From Somniosus microcephalus (lineage: Eukaryota), in NCBI GenBank assembly GCA_052327205.1, contig JBMRGM010000043.1:11098001-11162000 (forward strand): a stretch of 64,000 nt of DNA, in the 5' to 3' direction. Position numbers and translations under genes: made by a program. The notes below the pieces were generated by a model. That model did not search any database and had not been told where the DNA came from. It saw only the letters and a list, made by a program, of their open reading frames with translations. Below, piece after piece: positions 23,318-35,713 of this stretch. How positions within the stretch are numbered: the stretch's first letter is position 1; the number at the start of each line of letters is the position of its first letter.

Positions 23318-23456
23318 TACAAAAGGAAAATACTGTGGATGATGGAAATCTGAAATAAAAAAAGAAAATCCTGGAAATACTTAGCAGTTCAGGCAGAATG
23401 TGTGGAGAGGGAAACAGTGTTAACGTTTCAGGTTGAAGACCCTTCGTCAGAACTGC
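23318..23456 (-). mobile_element. Penelope-like element terminal fragment with a hammerhead-like motif
   Basis: Resembles an abundant elasmobranch repeat end as I recall it; - strand has CTGACGA...GAAACGTT. Confidence 0.55.
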
Positions 23457-23539
23457 AATAAGCTGGAGACCGATGTTTCTTGGAACACACCGATTGCAAA
23501 TTTAATTAATAATTTATCCCAAAATCAACAGCACGAGTA

Positions 23540-23703
23540 AAACAGATCATTAACACATTGTTGCTTGTGGGACATTTTATGCGCAACTAGGCTGCAGCCT
23601 TTCCAACATTACAACAATAACTTCGCTTCAAAATGCTTCATTGGTTGTAAAGCGCTCTGGGACATCTTGAGGAGCTGAAAGGCACTAAGGCAATGCAAGT
23701 CTG
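23540..23703 (+). mobile_element. Deu-domain SINE fragment (SacSINE1/AmnSINE1-like)
   Basis: CACATTG..TGTGGGA..., TTCATTGGTTGTAAAGCGC..., GAAAGGCAC...TGCAAGTC; related copies at 49876-50035 (+) and 26775-26900 (-). Confidence 0.7.
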
Positions 23704-23910
23704 ATCAGAGCGTGCGAGCATGAGGGGAAACATTGCAAGTTGACAACAAATAATATCATGACAACCGTCGGCAGAATGTCAGTGAGAGGAAAGATATCGT
23801 GTTTGAGGGAAGAAATAAAAAATGGTAGAAAGAAAGATAATCATTTTCATAGGGACATATTGCAGAATGTTGCCAATTGTTATAATAAAATTCAGAGCAT
23901 AGCCGGCACA

Positions 23911-23953
23911 TTTGATCTTCCTTCTACTGCTCTCACAACTGAACTATTCCTGC
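23911..23953 (-). pseudogene. tRNA-Phe 5'-half relic
   Basis: Paralogous to 50336-50378 with the same flanks; degenerate. Confidence 0.4.
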
Positions 23954-24408
23954 CGCATTGAGATTGAAATTTACCATTAGTATAAGTGGAGAGAATATTA
24001 GGGGATATTTGCCCTCCTAATCAAAAGTTCCTCAGACTAATGGAATTTAAACAACATCTGACCCTCATCCTGATCATGGAGACCAGCTCACCACCTGTTT
24101 ATAGATAATGAATATTCCCTTAACCTTGTCTTAATGTAAAGTTCACTGTCTTGCTAGGTCAGGTTGAGAATATATTCTTGTAATATTGAACCGATTGGAG
24201 TGCAGGAGCAGATGGGATCCGCTGTTCAACCGGGAAGTTTGGTAGGGCGAACGGGGAAGCGGCTGAGAGATGGTGGGTTTGAGAGTGGCAGCAAGCATGG
24301 CGCGGTCAATAGATTGTAAATAATGGAAGAAATGTTTAACCGAGGCCTGAGACGCTGGAACTCATAAAATAACGTTTTGCTGAAAATGACGGTGTTAAAA
24401 ACAATATT

Positions 24409-24475
24409 TGGAAATGCGGGGTATTGAACCCAAGAATTCATACATGCATGCACTCTATCACTGAGTTACAGCCTC
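24409..24475 (-). pseudogene. tRNA-Ala pseudogene with most of the anticodon loop deleted
   Basis: - strand GAGGCTGTAACTCAGTGATAGAGTGCATGC/ATGTATGAATTCTTGGGTTCAATACCCCGCATTTCCA resembles vertebrate tRNA-Ala. Confidence 0.7.
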
Positions 24476-25956
24476 AGCAGATGTTTTGCTGTGATGTAGG
24501 ACAGAAGGACCGGCAGTATTATTTTTCTAATCTCCCTTTGTGTTCCAAGTCTGTGCTGAAGTAGGTGAAGAGAAGAATTCTGGCCTCATCACTCCAGGAA
24601 CAGAGAAAGGGGAAATGAGAAGGATGACTTGCGGCATTAATGTGCATCTTCCCTCAAGGAAAAAGTAGACTGAGAGGAGACCTCATATAGGCCTTTAACA
24701 TTATCGAGGGGTTAAAGTATTACATCACAACAGGGGCCATTCGGCCTGTCGTGCCTGTGCCAGCTCTTTGAAAGAGCTGTCCAATTTCATCCAATAACCC
24801 AGCGTTCTTCCCACAACCCTGCGAGTTATCTTCAAGTAAATGTCCAATTGCCTTTTGAAGTTTCTGTCGAATCTGACTCCACTGCCATTTTAGGTAAAGT
24901 GGTCCTGCTCTTAACAACCGCCTGTGCGCCAATATATATTACACCCTTTACCTCTGGTTACCATTCCACTTGTCAGAGTATCCCCACATGCTCTATCATA
25001 CCCCCTCATGTTATTGAATATCTCTATTAAGCCTCCACTTAAACGTCTCTGCTCCAGGAGAACAATCCGAGGTTCTCCAATCTCTCCACATAACTGAAAT
25101 CCCTTAACCCTGGTACCATCCTAGTAAATCTTCTCTGCGCTCCCTTCAAGGCCTTGCCATTCTGGCCAAAGTGTATGTCCATAATTGAAAACAATACTCC
25201 AGCTGAGACTAACTAGTGTTTTAAGAAGGCTAAGCATAACTTCTTTACTTTTCTTCTATATTGCTCTATTGAAAAAGCCAAGCATCCCATATGCTTTTTA
25301 ACAGTCCTCTAATCGTATCCTGCCACCAGCAAAGATTTGTGCACATGCACATCCAGGTCTCTCTGTTCATGCACCCGTTTAAAATTGTACTAAAATCTTT
25401 CATATTTCCTCTCCATATTCGTCCTTCCAAATATATCACGTCACACCTCTTTGCATTAACTTCCATCTGCCATGTGTTTTCCCATCCTTCTTGAAGGCGA
25501 TCAGAGATTCAGCACCCACAACACCGACTGGCAAAGCATTCCTGAGGCTCAACGCTCTCTGGGAACAGCAACACCGCCTAAAATCCAGTCTATTCCTCCC
25601 TCTGTGTCACGCTGAGAATATATTCTTGTTATATTGATTGGATTCGAGTGCAGGCGCAAGTGGGAGGTGCTGTTCCACCGGTAAGTTTGGAAGGGTGAAC
25701 GGGGGAGTGGCGGTGAGATGGTGGGCGTGAGAGTGGCAGAAAGGAGGGTGTGGTCGATGGGTTTTAAGAAATGTAAGCAACAAAATTGTACAAGTGCTGG
25801 AATCTCTGAGGAAGTGAGACACCGCGTGTGTGGAGATGTGTGAGTGAATTGACATGTCAGCATTGAAAGTTAAAGAGTGGCATAAACACTGTCAAAGCTG
25901 GCCAGCCTGCACAGTTTAATGCTTTTAGCGACGAAATTTACAAAAGCCACAATATC

Positions 25957-25972
25957 TGGCAGCGGTAGGATT
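25957..25972 (-). pseudogene. 3' stub of tRNA-Leu
   Basis: TGGCAGCGGTAGGATT, with the same flank (AAAGCCACAATATC) as the Leu gene at 51048. Confidence 0.5.
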
Positions 25973-26384
25973 AACCACATAACATAAATCCAATAACCCT
26001 GGTACCATTCTAGTAGATCTCCTCTGCACCCACGCCAGGGCCTTGCCATCATTCCTAAGGTGTACACCCATAATTGAACAGTCATACATTTCGTCGCTTC
26101 ACCAACAGCAGTAAACCGTGCAGGGTGAGCGGTTCTGCAAATTATCATGTCACTTCTTCACCATTTGCTCGTGGATGTCCATGCTATCCTTTCCATTCAG
26201 TTGTTACTGACAGGCTGAAAAGATTTGCAGAATTCCCTCTGGTCCATAATTGGCCTGAATCCAGCACCGGACACTACAAACACCGTCATCCAACCAACTA
26301 AATTCAGACCGTTCACTCACTCGTCTCCACAGCCGCTGTGGCTCACTTATTCAGATATCCAACACTTATACATTATCGTTTCTT

Positions 26385-26775
26385 CCATTTCTTACAACCA
26401 CGACGTGCGTGGATTCTTTAGCGCAGGCAAGACCACTTATGGCCCAAGCACACAAGGTCCTATCCCACTGCGGGCCAAGAATAGAGAGGTACTCATCAAA
26501 GGCAGGGATGCAGTCAGTGCCCGCTGGAAGGAACACTTCGAAGATCTCCTTAACCGAGACACTTTTTGACGCGAGTGTGCTCAACTCCGCCCTGCAGCAT
26601 GCTACCTGCCAACATTTCCGCTCAACCCCAGACCGGCATGTGATTGAAAAGGCCATCTGACAACTGAAGAACAGCAAGGCCTCAGGAGCAGATGGAATCC
26701 CTGCCGAGGCACTAACGCATGGCAGAGAAGCACTACTGGCTCGAATTCATGAACTAAATTCTCTTATCTGGAAGT
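26385..26775 (+). mobile_element. RTE-clade LINE internal fragment
   Basis: Translates as ARWKEHFEDLLNR...QLKNSKASGADGIPAE, typical of the RTE linker before RT. Confidence 0.75.
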
Positions 26776-28326
26776 GGCCCAAAGCACTGTACAGCCAATG
26801 CAGTTCTTTAAAGTGTAGTTCCCGTTGTGATGTTGGAAATGCCGCAGTCATTATGTGCACAGCAAGCTCCCATAAGCAGCAATGTGATAATGACCAGATA
26901 TCTCTCTTTTCCTTCATAATGTTACTTTAGGGATAAATAATGAATTAAATTTGCAATTGGTGTGTTCAAACATTCATCTATTTATTGACACACACATCTC
27001 CACGCGGGCTCTATCTCACAAACTCTGATTCCACCACTTTTACAATTTTGTTGCTCCTTGCTGCCACCATCTCACCGCGGCCTCCCTGTTTGCCCTTCCA
27101 AACTTACCGGTTGAACAGCACCTCCCATCTGCTCCTGTGCTCCATTCCGAGTAATATATCAAGAATATATTCTCAAGCTGACACAGCGGGAGGAATAGCC
27201 TGGATTTTAGGCGGTGATACTTTTCCAGAGAGCAGTAATGCGTTGCACTCCGGTTTTGTGGGTGCTGACTCTCTGATCGCCTTCAAGAAGGATGGGAAAA
27301 CACATGGCAGATGGAAGTTAATGCAGAGAAGTGTGACCTGATATATTTTGTTAGGGTGAATGAGGAGAGGCAATATGAAGGAAATAGTAGAATTTCAAAG
27401 GGTGCATGAACAGAAAGACCTGGAGGTGTATGTGCACAAACCTTTGAAGGTGGCAGGACACGGCTGTTAAAAAGCACACAGGATGCTTGGCTTTATCAAT
27501 AGAGAAATAGAGAAGAAAAGTAAAGAAGTTATGCTAAATCTTCCTAAAACACTGGTTAGCCTCAGCGGGAGTATTATGCTCAATTATGGGCATACACATT
27601 GGGAAGGATGGCAAGACCTTGGCGATGGTGCAGAGGAGATTTATTAGAATGGTACCAGGGTTAAGAGATTTAGTTTGTGGAGAGTTTGGCGAACCTGGGA
27701 TTGTTCTCCTTAAAGCAGAGACGGTAAAGGGGAGGCTGAATAGATATATTCAAAAACTTGAGGTGATTTGATAGGTCAAGTAGGAAAACTATTTCCTGAC
27801 AATTAGAATGGTAACCAGAGGTCAAAGATGTAATATATATTGGCGCACAGACGGTTGTTATGTGCAGGAATGCATTACCTCAAAAGGTATTCAGATTCGA
27901 AGCAACTTCAAAAGACAATTGGACATGTTATTGAAGAGAACTAGTCTGCAGGCTTGTGGGGAAAACGCTGGGGTGTGGGACGAAATGGGACAGCTCTTTC
28001 AAAGAGCCGGCACAGGCACGACAGGCCAAAGGGCCCCTGTTGTAATGTAACATTCTATGACTTTAACTCCTCCAAAATGTTAAAGGCCTATGTCAGCTCT
28101 CCTCTCAGTCTACTTTTTTCCTAGAGCGAAGAGGCCAAATAGTTCCCGAAGATTTCCTTCTCATTTCTCCTTCCTCTGTTCCTGGAGTGACGAGGCCAAA
28201 ACATTCTTCTCTTCACCTACAGTTGCATCAGGTGCTCCTTCTTCATCACAGACTTAGAAAGCAAAGGGTGATTAGAAAGAAAAGGCTGCCAGGTCTTCTG
28301 TACTACATTACAGCAAAGCATCAGTT

Positions 28327-28348
28327 GTGGATGTAGCTCAGTGGTAGA
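28327..28348 (+). pseudogene. 5' stub of tRNA-Ala, truncated next to a CR1 insertion
   Basis: GTGGATGTAGCTCAGTGGTAGA at the position mirroring 24455-24475. Confidence 0.55.
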
Positions 28349-28359
28349 TGACATGCATC

Positions 28360-29385
28360 GTCCCTCTGATCGTCTGTCCTTCCTAGGGTCCTTCCATTCT
28401 TTCTGTGTTACATTGCCTTCTTAGTCCTCCAAAAATGCATCACCTCGCAATTTTCAGGCTTAAATTCAATTTGCCACTGTTCTGCCCACCTAAACATCCC
28501 GTTTATATCGTTCTGTAGCCAGCGGCTTCCCTCCTCGCTATGTACCACTCCAACAAGTTTCGTCTCATCTGCAAACTTAATGATCATACCTCCTACCTTC
28601 ATATCTAAATCATTAATGTACACTACAACAGCAAAGCAACTTACACAGATCCCTGCGGTACACCAATGGACACAGACTTCCAGTCACAAAAGCAATTTTC
28701 GGCCATCATACTCTGCCTGCTGCCACTAAGCTAATTTTGGATCCAATGTGCCAAATTGCCCTGGATCATAGGGGCTCTTACCTTCTTGACCAGTCTCCCA
28801 TGTGGGACTTTGTCAAAAGCCTTACTGAAGTCCATGTAGACTATATCAACTACACTACACTCATCCACACACCTAGTCACCCCCTCGAAAAATTATATCA
28901 AATTGGTTAGATATGATCTCCCCCTGACAAAGCCATGCTGACTACCCTTGATTAATCGTTGCCTCTTCAAGTGGAGACTAATTCTGTCCCTCAGAATGTT
29001 TTCAAATATTTTCCCTACCACTGGTGTTAGACTCACTGGCCTCTAATTCCCTGGTTTAACCCTACTACCCTTCTTGAATAATGGTACAATGTTAGCTGTC
29101 CCGCAGTCCTCTGGCACCTGCCTTGTGGCCAGAGAGTTTCTGAAAATTGGTTTCCGAACCCATGCAATCTGCTCCCTAGCCTCAAACAGCAAACTGGGAT
29201 ACTACTCGTCTGGGACTGGGGATTAACCACATTGAAGCCGGATAAAACTGCGGGTACCTCCTCCTTCTCAATACTAATTTGTTCAAGTATATCAAAATAC
29301 CTCTGCCTGATTTCTATGCCTATATCGTCCTTCTCCATATTTAACACAGATGCCAAATATTCATTTAAATCCTCACCTGCATCTT
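28360..29385 (-). mobile_element. CR1 LINE RT fragment, degenerate
   Basis: YINDLD...KFADETKL, WAEQWQIEF motifs. Confidence 0.88.
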
Positions 29386-29388
29386 CAG

Positions 29389-30817
29389 ATAATCCATTCT
29401 GAAAACCCTTTCCTACACTCTCATTAGTTTTACACTTACATGGATAAGAACGGAAACATAGAAACATAGAAGATAGGAGCAACAGTAGGCCATTCGGCCA
29501 CTCGAGCCTGCTTTGCCATTCAATGTGATCATGGCTGATCATCCAAATTCAGTACTCGATCCCTGCTTTCTCCGCAAAACCCTTGATCACTTTAGCCTTA
29601 AGAAATATATCCAACTCCTTCTTGAATATATTTAATGTATTGGCCTCTACTGCCTTCTGTGGTAGAGAATTCCACAGGTTCACCACTCTCTGGGTGAAGA
29701 AATTCCTCCTCATTTCTGTCCTAAATGGCTTACCCCTTATCCTTAGACTGTGACACCTGGTTCTGGACTCCCCGACCAGCTTGAAGCAATAACAATTGCC
29801 AGACAATTTTAGCTTCCTGGCATCGCCCGCACCCTGATCACGTGGCAACAACCAACCAATCACATGCAGCGGTGCCAGAATGCCCCCATTGAATGTGTCC
29901 AATCAGGGCCTGAGGATTGAGCTGCTCCGTCACAAGCAGCTCCAGTACGTTGGAGGACTCGGCTGTGAGCGGATGACTTGTTCCTGTCGCTGGCGCCGCG
30001 GCCGAGAAGCGAGCAGCCACTGCAATCTCTTGTTTTCAGCCAAATGCAAGAGATATGAATTTCTAATCACAAAATCTTTGTCGCGAGATGATTTGGTTGC
30101 TGTATTTGAATGCGGTTTACTGACTCGCATGGGCCGTGTGCTTTTGTTTTTCCGTGCAGTTTTCAGTGAGTGATCGCTTAAAGTTTTGAGACTGAAACGA
30201 AGTGCAATGTCTGATTCAAGTTGCTGCTTCATATGGTGTTCGGCCAAATTGAGGCAATTCGACACTACGAAAGGGATTGAAATCGCCTCTTCTCTCGTGT
30301 GCTGCTTTTTTCGCTTTATACGGCCACCTGCGTGCCAGAAAAAGTGGTTGGAGAATAAATCTGCAGCTGCATTCTATTTCCTGCTGCATGTCCATCCAGT
30401 TAAATATTGTTTTCTGTGGTGAAATGAAATCAGCAGATTGTACGAAGGAAGAACATATAAATTCTTTCAGGGCTTGACTGGGCGGATAATGAGAGCCATT
30501 TTGCCCTGGCTCTGGAGCCCAGAGCTAGCATTCAGTGTCTCAGAATAAGGGGCCGGCCAATTTGGATAGAGATAATGAGAAATTTCTTCATTCTAAGGGT
30601 TGTGTATATTTGGAATTCTCTACTGCAGAGGGCAGTGGCTGTTTAATCATTGAGTGCATTCCTAACTGAGATGGATTTGGACATTACGGGTATCAAGGTA
30701 TATGGGGCTAAGTTTGGAAGCTTCAGTTGAGGTAGAGGATCAGCCGTGATCTTAATGAATGGTGGAGCAGGCTCGAGGGCCGAATGGCCAAATTCTGCTC
30801 CTATTTCTTATGTTCTC
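29389..30817 (+). repeat. Diverged orphan copy of the array unit lacking its tRNAs; resumes at 35714-35995 after the Gypsy insertion
   Basis: Colinear with unit positions ~697-1826, then ~1822-2095. Confidence 0.9.
29457..29778 (-). mobile_element. 5'-truncated CR1 3' end inserted in the orphan unit
   Basis: (CATAGAAA)n tail; closely similar to 39800-40115; interrupts CGGAAA|GCTTGA. Confidence 0.88.
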
Positions 30818-30992
30818 TGTGGTGTATTTGCCTTTAAGAGCCCCTGTGTACTGTAATGCCGGTAGTGGCCACTCGGGCTATATAAGCCTGTATAGTGTCT
30901 TGTATCTGTTAGTTCACCTCCAGAGTTTGTCCAGTAAACACCTGTAAACCAACTCCTGCATTCCGTGTCTCCATTAACACACAGATACAACA
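30818..30992 (+). repeat. 5' LTR (175 bp)
   Basis: TGTGGTG...ACAACA; contains TATATAA and AGTAAA; 4 substitutions and 1 indel versus the 3' LTR. Confidence 0.95.
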
Positions 30993-31472
30993 GTGGTGAC
31001 GAATTGGAAACGGACTTACCTGCAATTCGGCAGCACCTCAAGGAGATCGATTCCTCAGACGAAGGAAGAAGAATAAAAGAAAAAAAAAGAAAAAACTGTG
31101 GTATCACCAGCTAGCCGGGCTGGTGGCAGGTACTGGAATAATCCTTCCTGCACGGCGGGCTGGGGCTCGATCGGCTGGCTCTACAGCGGGGCCAAGCAGT
31201 CAAGGCGCAGGCAAACAGAGATGAAGGGTGGAGCACTCGGGAGAAGGCCAGCTCTGCAAAGCAGGTCGGCGTTCGTACCATGCAGAGGGAGGGGAAAGTC
31301 CCAGAGAGTCCGGCGGGAACAAGTCTCCGACTATAAAAAATATTTGTATAAATAAAAACCGCGGAGAACAGCGTTGTCAGCAGCAACAGCGGCGGGAAAG
31401 CGTGGGAGGCGCCATTTTTCTTTTCTCAGCAAGGAAGAAAGGAAAGCGCGGGAGGCGCCATTTTTTTTCAGG

Positions 31473-34400
31473 ATGCCTAAGACTGGCAATATTATTATTT
31501 TCGATAGTGATGTAGAGGATTGGACCACATATGTGGAAAGAGTGGAGATATATTGCACAGCAAATGAAATAGAGGATGATAAAAAGGCATCGATACTCCT
31601 AAATCTAATGGGAGCAAAGGAATATGGGCTGTTACGAAACTTAATCACTCCAGCCAAACCAATGGACAAGAATTTTAAGGAAATTGTTGATACCCTAGAG
31701 GAACACTTAAACCCAACACCGCTGCTGATAGCAGAATGGTTCAAATTCTTCAGGAGGAATCAGCACAAGAATGAAAGTAATGCTGATTACCTCACCGAAT
31801 TAAGGAAGCTATCAAAGCACTGCCAATTCGGAGCAGGACTGGCAGATTCTCTTCGAGACAAATTCGTCTGCGGTCTCCTAAGTGAAGGAACACAGAAAAG
31901 GCTACTTTCTGAGAAAGATTTAACACTGGACAAGGCTTTCAGTATGGCTGTATCATACGAAGCAGCAGCGAGATGAGCTGCAGAGATACAGCAAAAGCCA
32001 CAGGATTTCGGCACCCATGAAATGACACAGGGTTTCGAGAGATGTTATCGGTGCGGCAGATCCACCCATGACCAGAGGGACTGCTGGTTCAAGGACAGAG
32101 CATGCAGGCAATGTGGAAAGATGGGACACATTGCACGTGTATGCCGATCTGGAAACAAAAAATCCACTGACAAAAAAAAAATCAATAAAGAAAAGTACAA
32201 AAAGGTGCAAATGATGATGGACAGTAGCTCCGAAGACCAGAAGAGCGATAGCGACTCCAAAAACAAGAGACTAAGCTGTCTCAAATTAAATAATGCAATT
32301 ACCAAAGAAGATTACCAGACCATTTGGGTTACCCTCACGATAGCAGGGTCCCCAGTTAAAATGGAGCTGGATACAGGATCAGCTCTGACCGTCATAAGTC
32401 GACAGGATTACGAGCGACTGTTTCCGCATATACCCTTGAAAGACACATCCATTATCTTAAAAACATATATGGGGCAGAAAGTATACCCCAGAGGGAAAAT
32501 AAGGGTGCCTGTTGTATACAACGGCAAGGAAATACAGAAGTTGTATTTATACGTTCTGCAAAATGGTGGTCCACCGCTGTTGGGACGTGAATGGATCAGA
32601 AAGATACGTTTAGACTGGCACTCCATTCAGGCACTGACGGTGACCAGTAAGAAAAAAAATGATGATGACATCATACCTGAACGATTGAAAGACAACTTGG
32701 CCAACGCCAAAGAAGTGTTCCAACAGGAACTAGGAACCTTGAAAGGCATCACCGCCTCAATAAAGGTGGAAGATGCGGCAATTCCCAAGTTTTTTAAAGC
32801 AAGGCCGGTGCCATATGCAATTCGCCCAGCAGTCGAGGCAGAGCTGGAGAATTTGGAAAGGACAGGCGTGTTATCCAAGATAGATTGGAGTGAGTGGGCA
32901 ACACCCATCGTCCCGGTCATGAAGAAAACTTTGAATAATGATAAATCTGAAGAAGAAAGAAAAATTCGCATCTGTGGGGACTTCAAGGTGACTGTAAACC
33001 TGGTCCTTCACACGGTACAGTAACCTCTACTGAGGATAGAAGATATTTTCACCTCACTATCCGGAGGGAAACGTTTCACAAAAATTGACTTGGCACAGGC
33101 ATATCAACAGATGGAGGTTGAGGAGGCCTCTAAAAAGCATCTCACAATAAACACACACAAAGGCCTGTACCACTACAATCGACTGGTTTTCGAAGTAGCA
33201 TCAGCTTCAGCTATCTGGCAAAGAGCTATGGAACAAGTCCTGCAAGGAAATCCTGGGACTCAATGCTACCTGGACGACATCCTTGTAACAGGAGAAAACG
33301 ACAACGAGAACCTTGTCAATTTGGAGCAGGTGCTCACTAGGCTGAGAGAACGGGGCCTACGAGCAAACCGCCCGAAGTGCAAATTTTTCCAGAAACAAAT
33401 ATCATATTGTGGCCACATAATTAACGAAGAAGGGTTGCATAAGTCACCTGAAAAAATTGAAGCGGTCATAAAAGCCCCAGCACCTGAAAATGTCACACAA
33501 TTAAGGTCGTTCCTGGGATTGATAAATTACTATCATAAATTATTACCGAACTTGTCAACTGTTCTGCACCCTCTTAACGAACTGCTACAAACGGGAGTAA
33601 TTTGGGAATGGAACGAGGACTGTAAACGTGCCTTCCATAAATGTAAAGGATTGATCACGTCCAAGGAAGTTTTGGCTCATTAAAACCCATCACTGCTAAT
33701 CAGACTGGCGTGCGATGCATCCCCTTACTGCGTAGGAGTGGTATTATCGCATAGATTCCCTGATGGCTCAGAGCGGCCGATAGCTTTTGCATCACGCTCA
33801 TTGAACTCAGCTGAGCGTAACTATGCCCAGATCGACAGGGAAGCACTCAGCCTGGTATGGGGAGTGAAGAAATTCAACCATTACCTACACGGACAAAAAG
33901 TTACCTTGTTGACTGACCATCAACCCCTCGTCTCCATAGTCAACCCTAAAAAGGGCGTTCCCATTTTGACGGCACAAAGGCAACAGAGGTGGTCCCTTTT
34001 CCGAGGGGCACACCGATATGACATAGAATACAAAGGATCAAAACAGCATTGAAATGCAGATGGTTTATCGCGTCTACCGTTGCCAATGGTAGAAGAAGCA
34101 CCTACAGTGGACCCAGTGGAAATGTTCCACTCTACCATAGTAGATTGTCTACCAGTAACAAATTCTGCCATTGAAAAGGAAACGAGAAATGACCCGACTC
34201 TCTCACGAGTCTACGATTTAACGGTAAAGGGATGGCCAGCACATGGCGAACCACTGTTGCCAGCATTCTCACAAACAAGGGAACAGCTGTCAGTGTGCCG
34301 AGGAACCTTGATGTGTGGATCCAGAGTGGTGATTCCACCCAAACTCCAGGATAAAGTGCTAAAGGAGCTTCACGAGGGGCATCTGTGTGGAGTGAAAATG

Positions 34401-35406
34401 AAGAACCAAGCCAGAGCGTTTGTGTGGTGGCCAGGTTTCGATGGAGACAATGACCAAGGGCTGTCTAGGATGCCAGAAGGTCCAAAACGCCCCACCACAA
34501 ACCCCTCTACATCCATGGGAGTGGTCCTCAACTCCATGGCAAAGGGTACACATCGACTTTGCTGGTCCATTTATGGACTCAATGTTCTTAATCGCGGTTG
34601 ACGCACACTCCAAGTGGCTGGAGGTAATAAAGATGTCCTCCCCCACCACGGAAAAAAACATCACAGTATTAAGGACCATTTTTGCCAGGAATGGGCTGCC
34701 TGAACAGATCTGTTCTGATAATGGACCACAATTTGTGTCCGAAGAATTCAGAAAGTTCTTAAAAAACAATGGGGTTAAGCACTATACATCTGCCCCATAC
34801 CATCCCGCCACCAATGGATTGGCTGAAAGGTTTGTCCAGACCTTCAAGAAGGCCATAAAGGCTATGGGTAATGAAGGCATTAATCTACAGCATAAGGTAG
34901 ATAACTTCTTGTTTGCCTACAGGAATGCAACACATATGGTTACAAACCAAACTCCCGCCATGATGTTTTTCAATAGTAGACTGGATTTGATCAAGCCAAA
35001 CATCAGAAGGGACGTAGAGAACCGGCAATTTCAAGGCATGAATGAAAGGCCAAATAGAACCTTCCAGATAGGTCAACACGTTTTGGCGCGGGACTACCGT
35101 ACCGAGAAATGGCAGCCTGGAAATATTTGCACACGACTAGGATCACTGATGTATACCGTGGACATTGGAGAAAGCGTAATAAGGCGCCATGCTGACCAGA
35201 TCATGGAGTCATCCAAAAAGGGGCAACCTACACCACAACTCTATACACCTAATGATGAAGCAGGGATAGCCATAGTATCTACCTCCGATCCGGTGATACT
35301 GGAACCAGATGAACCCGACACTGGCATTCAAGCCGAATCAACCTTGCCAAAGGAACCAACTACACCACCGAAAACTACTACACCACCGAGGCGTTATCCG
35401 GACTGA
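31473..35406 (+). pseudogene. Gypsy gag-pol with in-frame stops and a frameshift
   Basis: Two CCHC knuckles (CYRCGRSTHDQRDC, CRQCGKMGHIARVC), protease LDTGS, RT YLDD, RNase H, integrase HIDFAGP/SDNG/AERFVQT; split over ORFs 31374, 32022, 33090, 33738, 34080, 34420. Confidence 0.93.
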
Positions 35407-35537
35407 GTCAGGAAGCCTCCAGAGAGACTGACTTATAATTGATTAACTGCAGCAAATGTTTAGATTATTGTTCTTGTACACATGTTAATAACAATTACTT
35501 AAAATGTTATGTACTGGTTGTCTGAAATGGGAGGAAT

Positions 35538-35713
35538 TGTGGTGTATGTGCCTTTAAGTGCCCCTGTGTACTGTAATGCCGGTAGTGGCCACTCGGGCTA
35601 TATAAGCCTGTATAGTGTCTTGTATCTGTTAGTTCACCTCCAGACTTTGTCCAGTAAACACCTGTTAAACCAACTCCTGCATTCCGTGTCTCCATTAACA
35701 CACGGATACAACA
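35538..35713 (+). repeat. 3' LTR (176 bp)
   Basis: Direct repeat of 30818-30992, preceded by purine-rich GAAATGGGAGGAA. Confidence 0.95.

Larger units (their letters stand above)
24455..28348. repeat. Diverged inverted duplication, arms ~24455-25855 and ~26985-28348; each arm has a CR1 3' fragment and the tRNA-Ala upstream flank
   Basis: 24721-24780 is a near reverse complement of 27990-28050, and the similarity extends along both arms; a third copy lies at ~62860-63830. Confidence 0.85.
30818..35713 (+). mobile_element. Full-length Ty3/Gypsy LTR retrotransposon (Mag-like), coding-defective
   Basis: TG...CA LTRs, 5-bp TSD TTCTC (30813-30817 and 35714-35718), PBS-like TGGTGACGA, polypurine tract, domain order gag-PR-RT-RH-IN. 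Confidence 0.97.

Noticed and set aside
29880-30477. 97-111 aa ORFs in the orphan unit as a gene driven by the CCAAT module
   Set aside because: The frames are not conserved in the array or in the 62 kb copy, and there is no recognisable protein signature
31473-35406. Active or domesticated gag-pol gene
   Set aside because: Multiple in-frame stops (31974, 33021, 33681, 34050) and a frameshift near 34450
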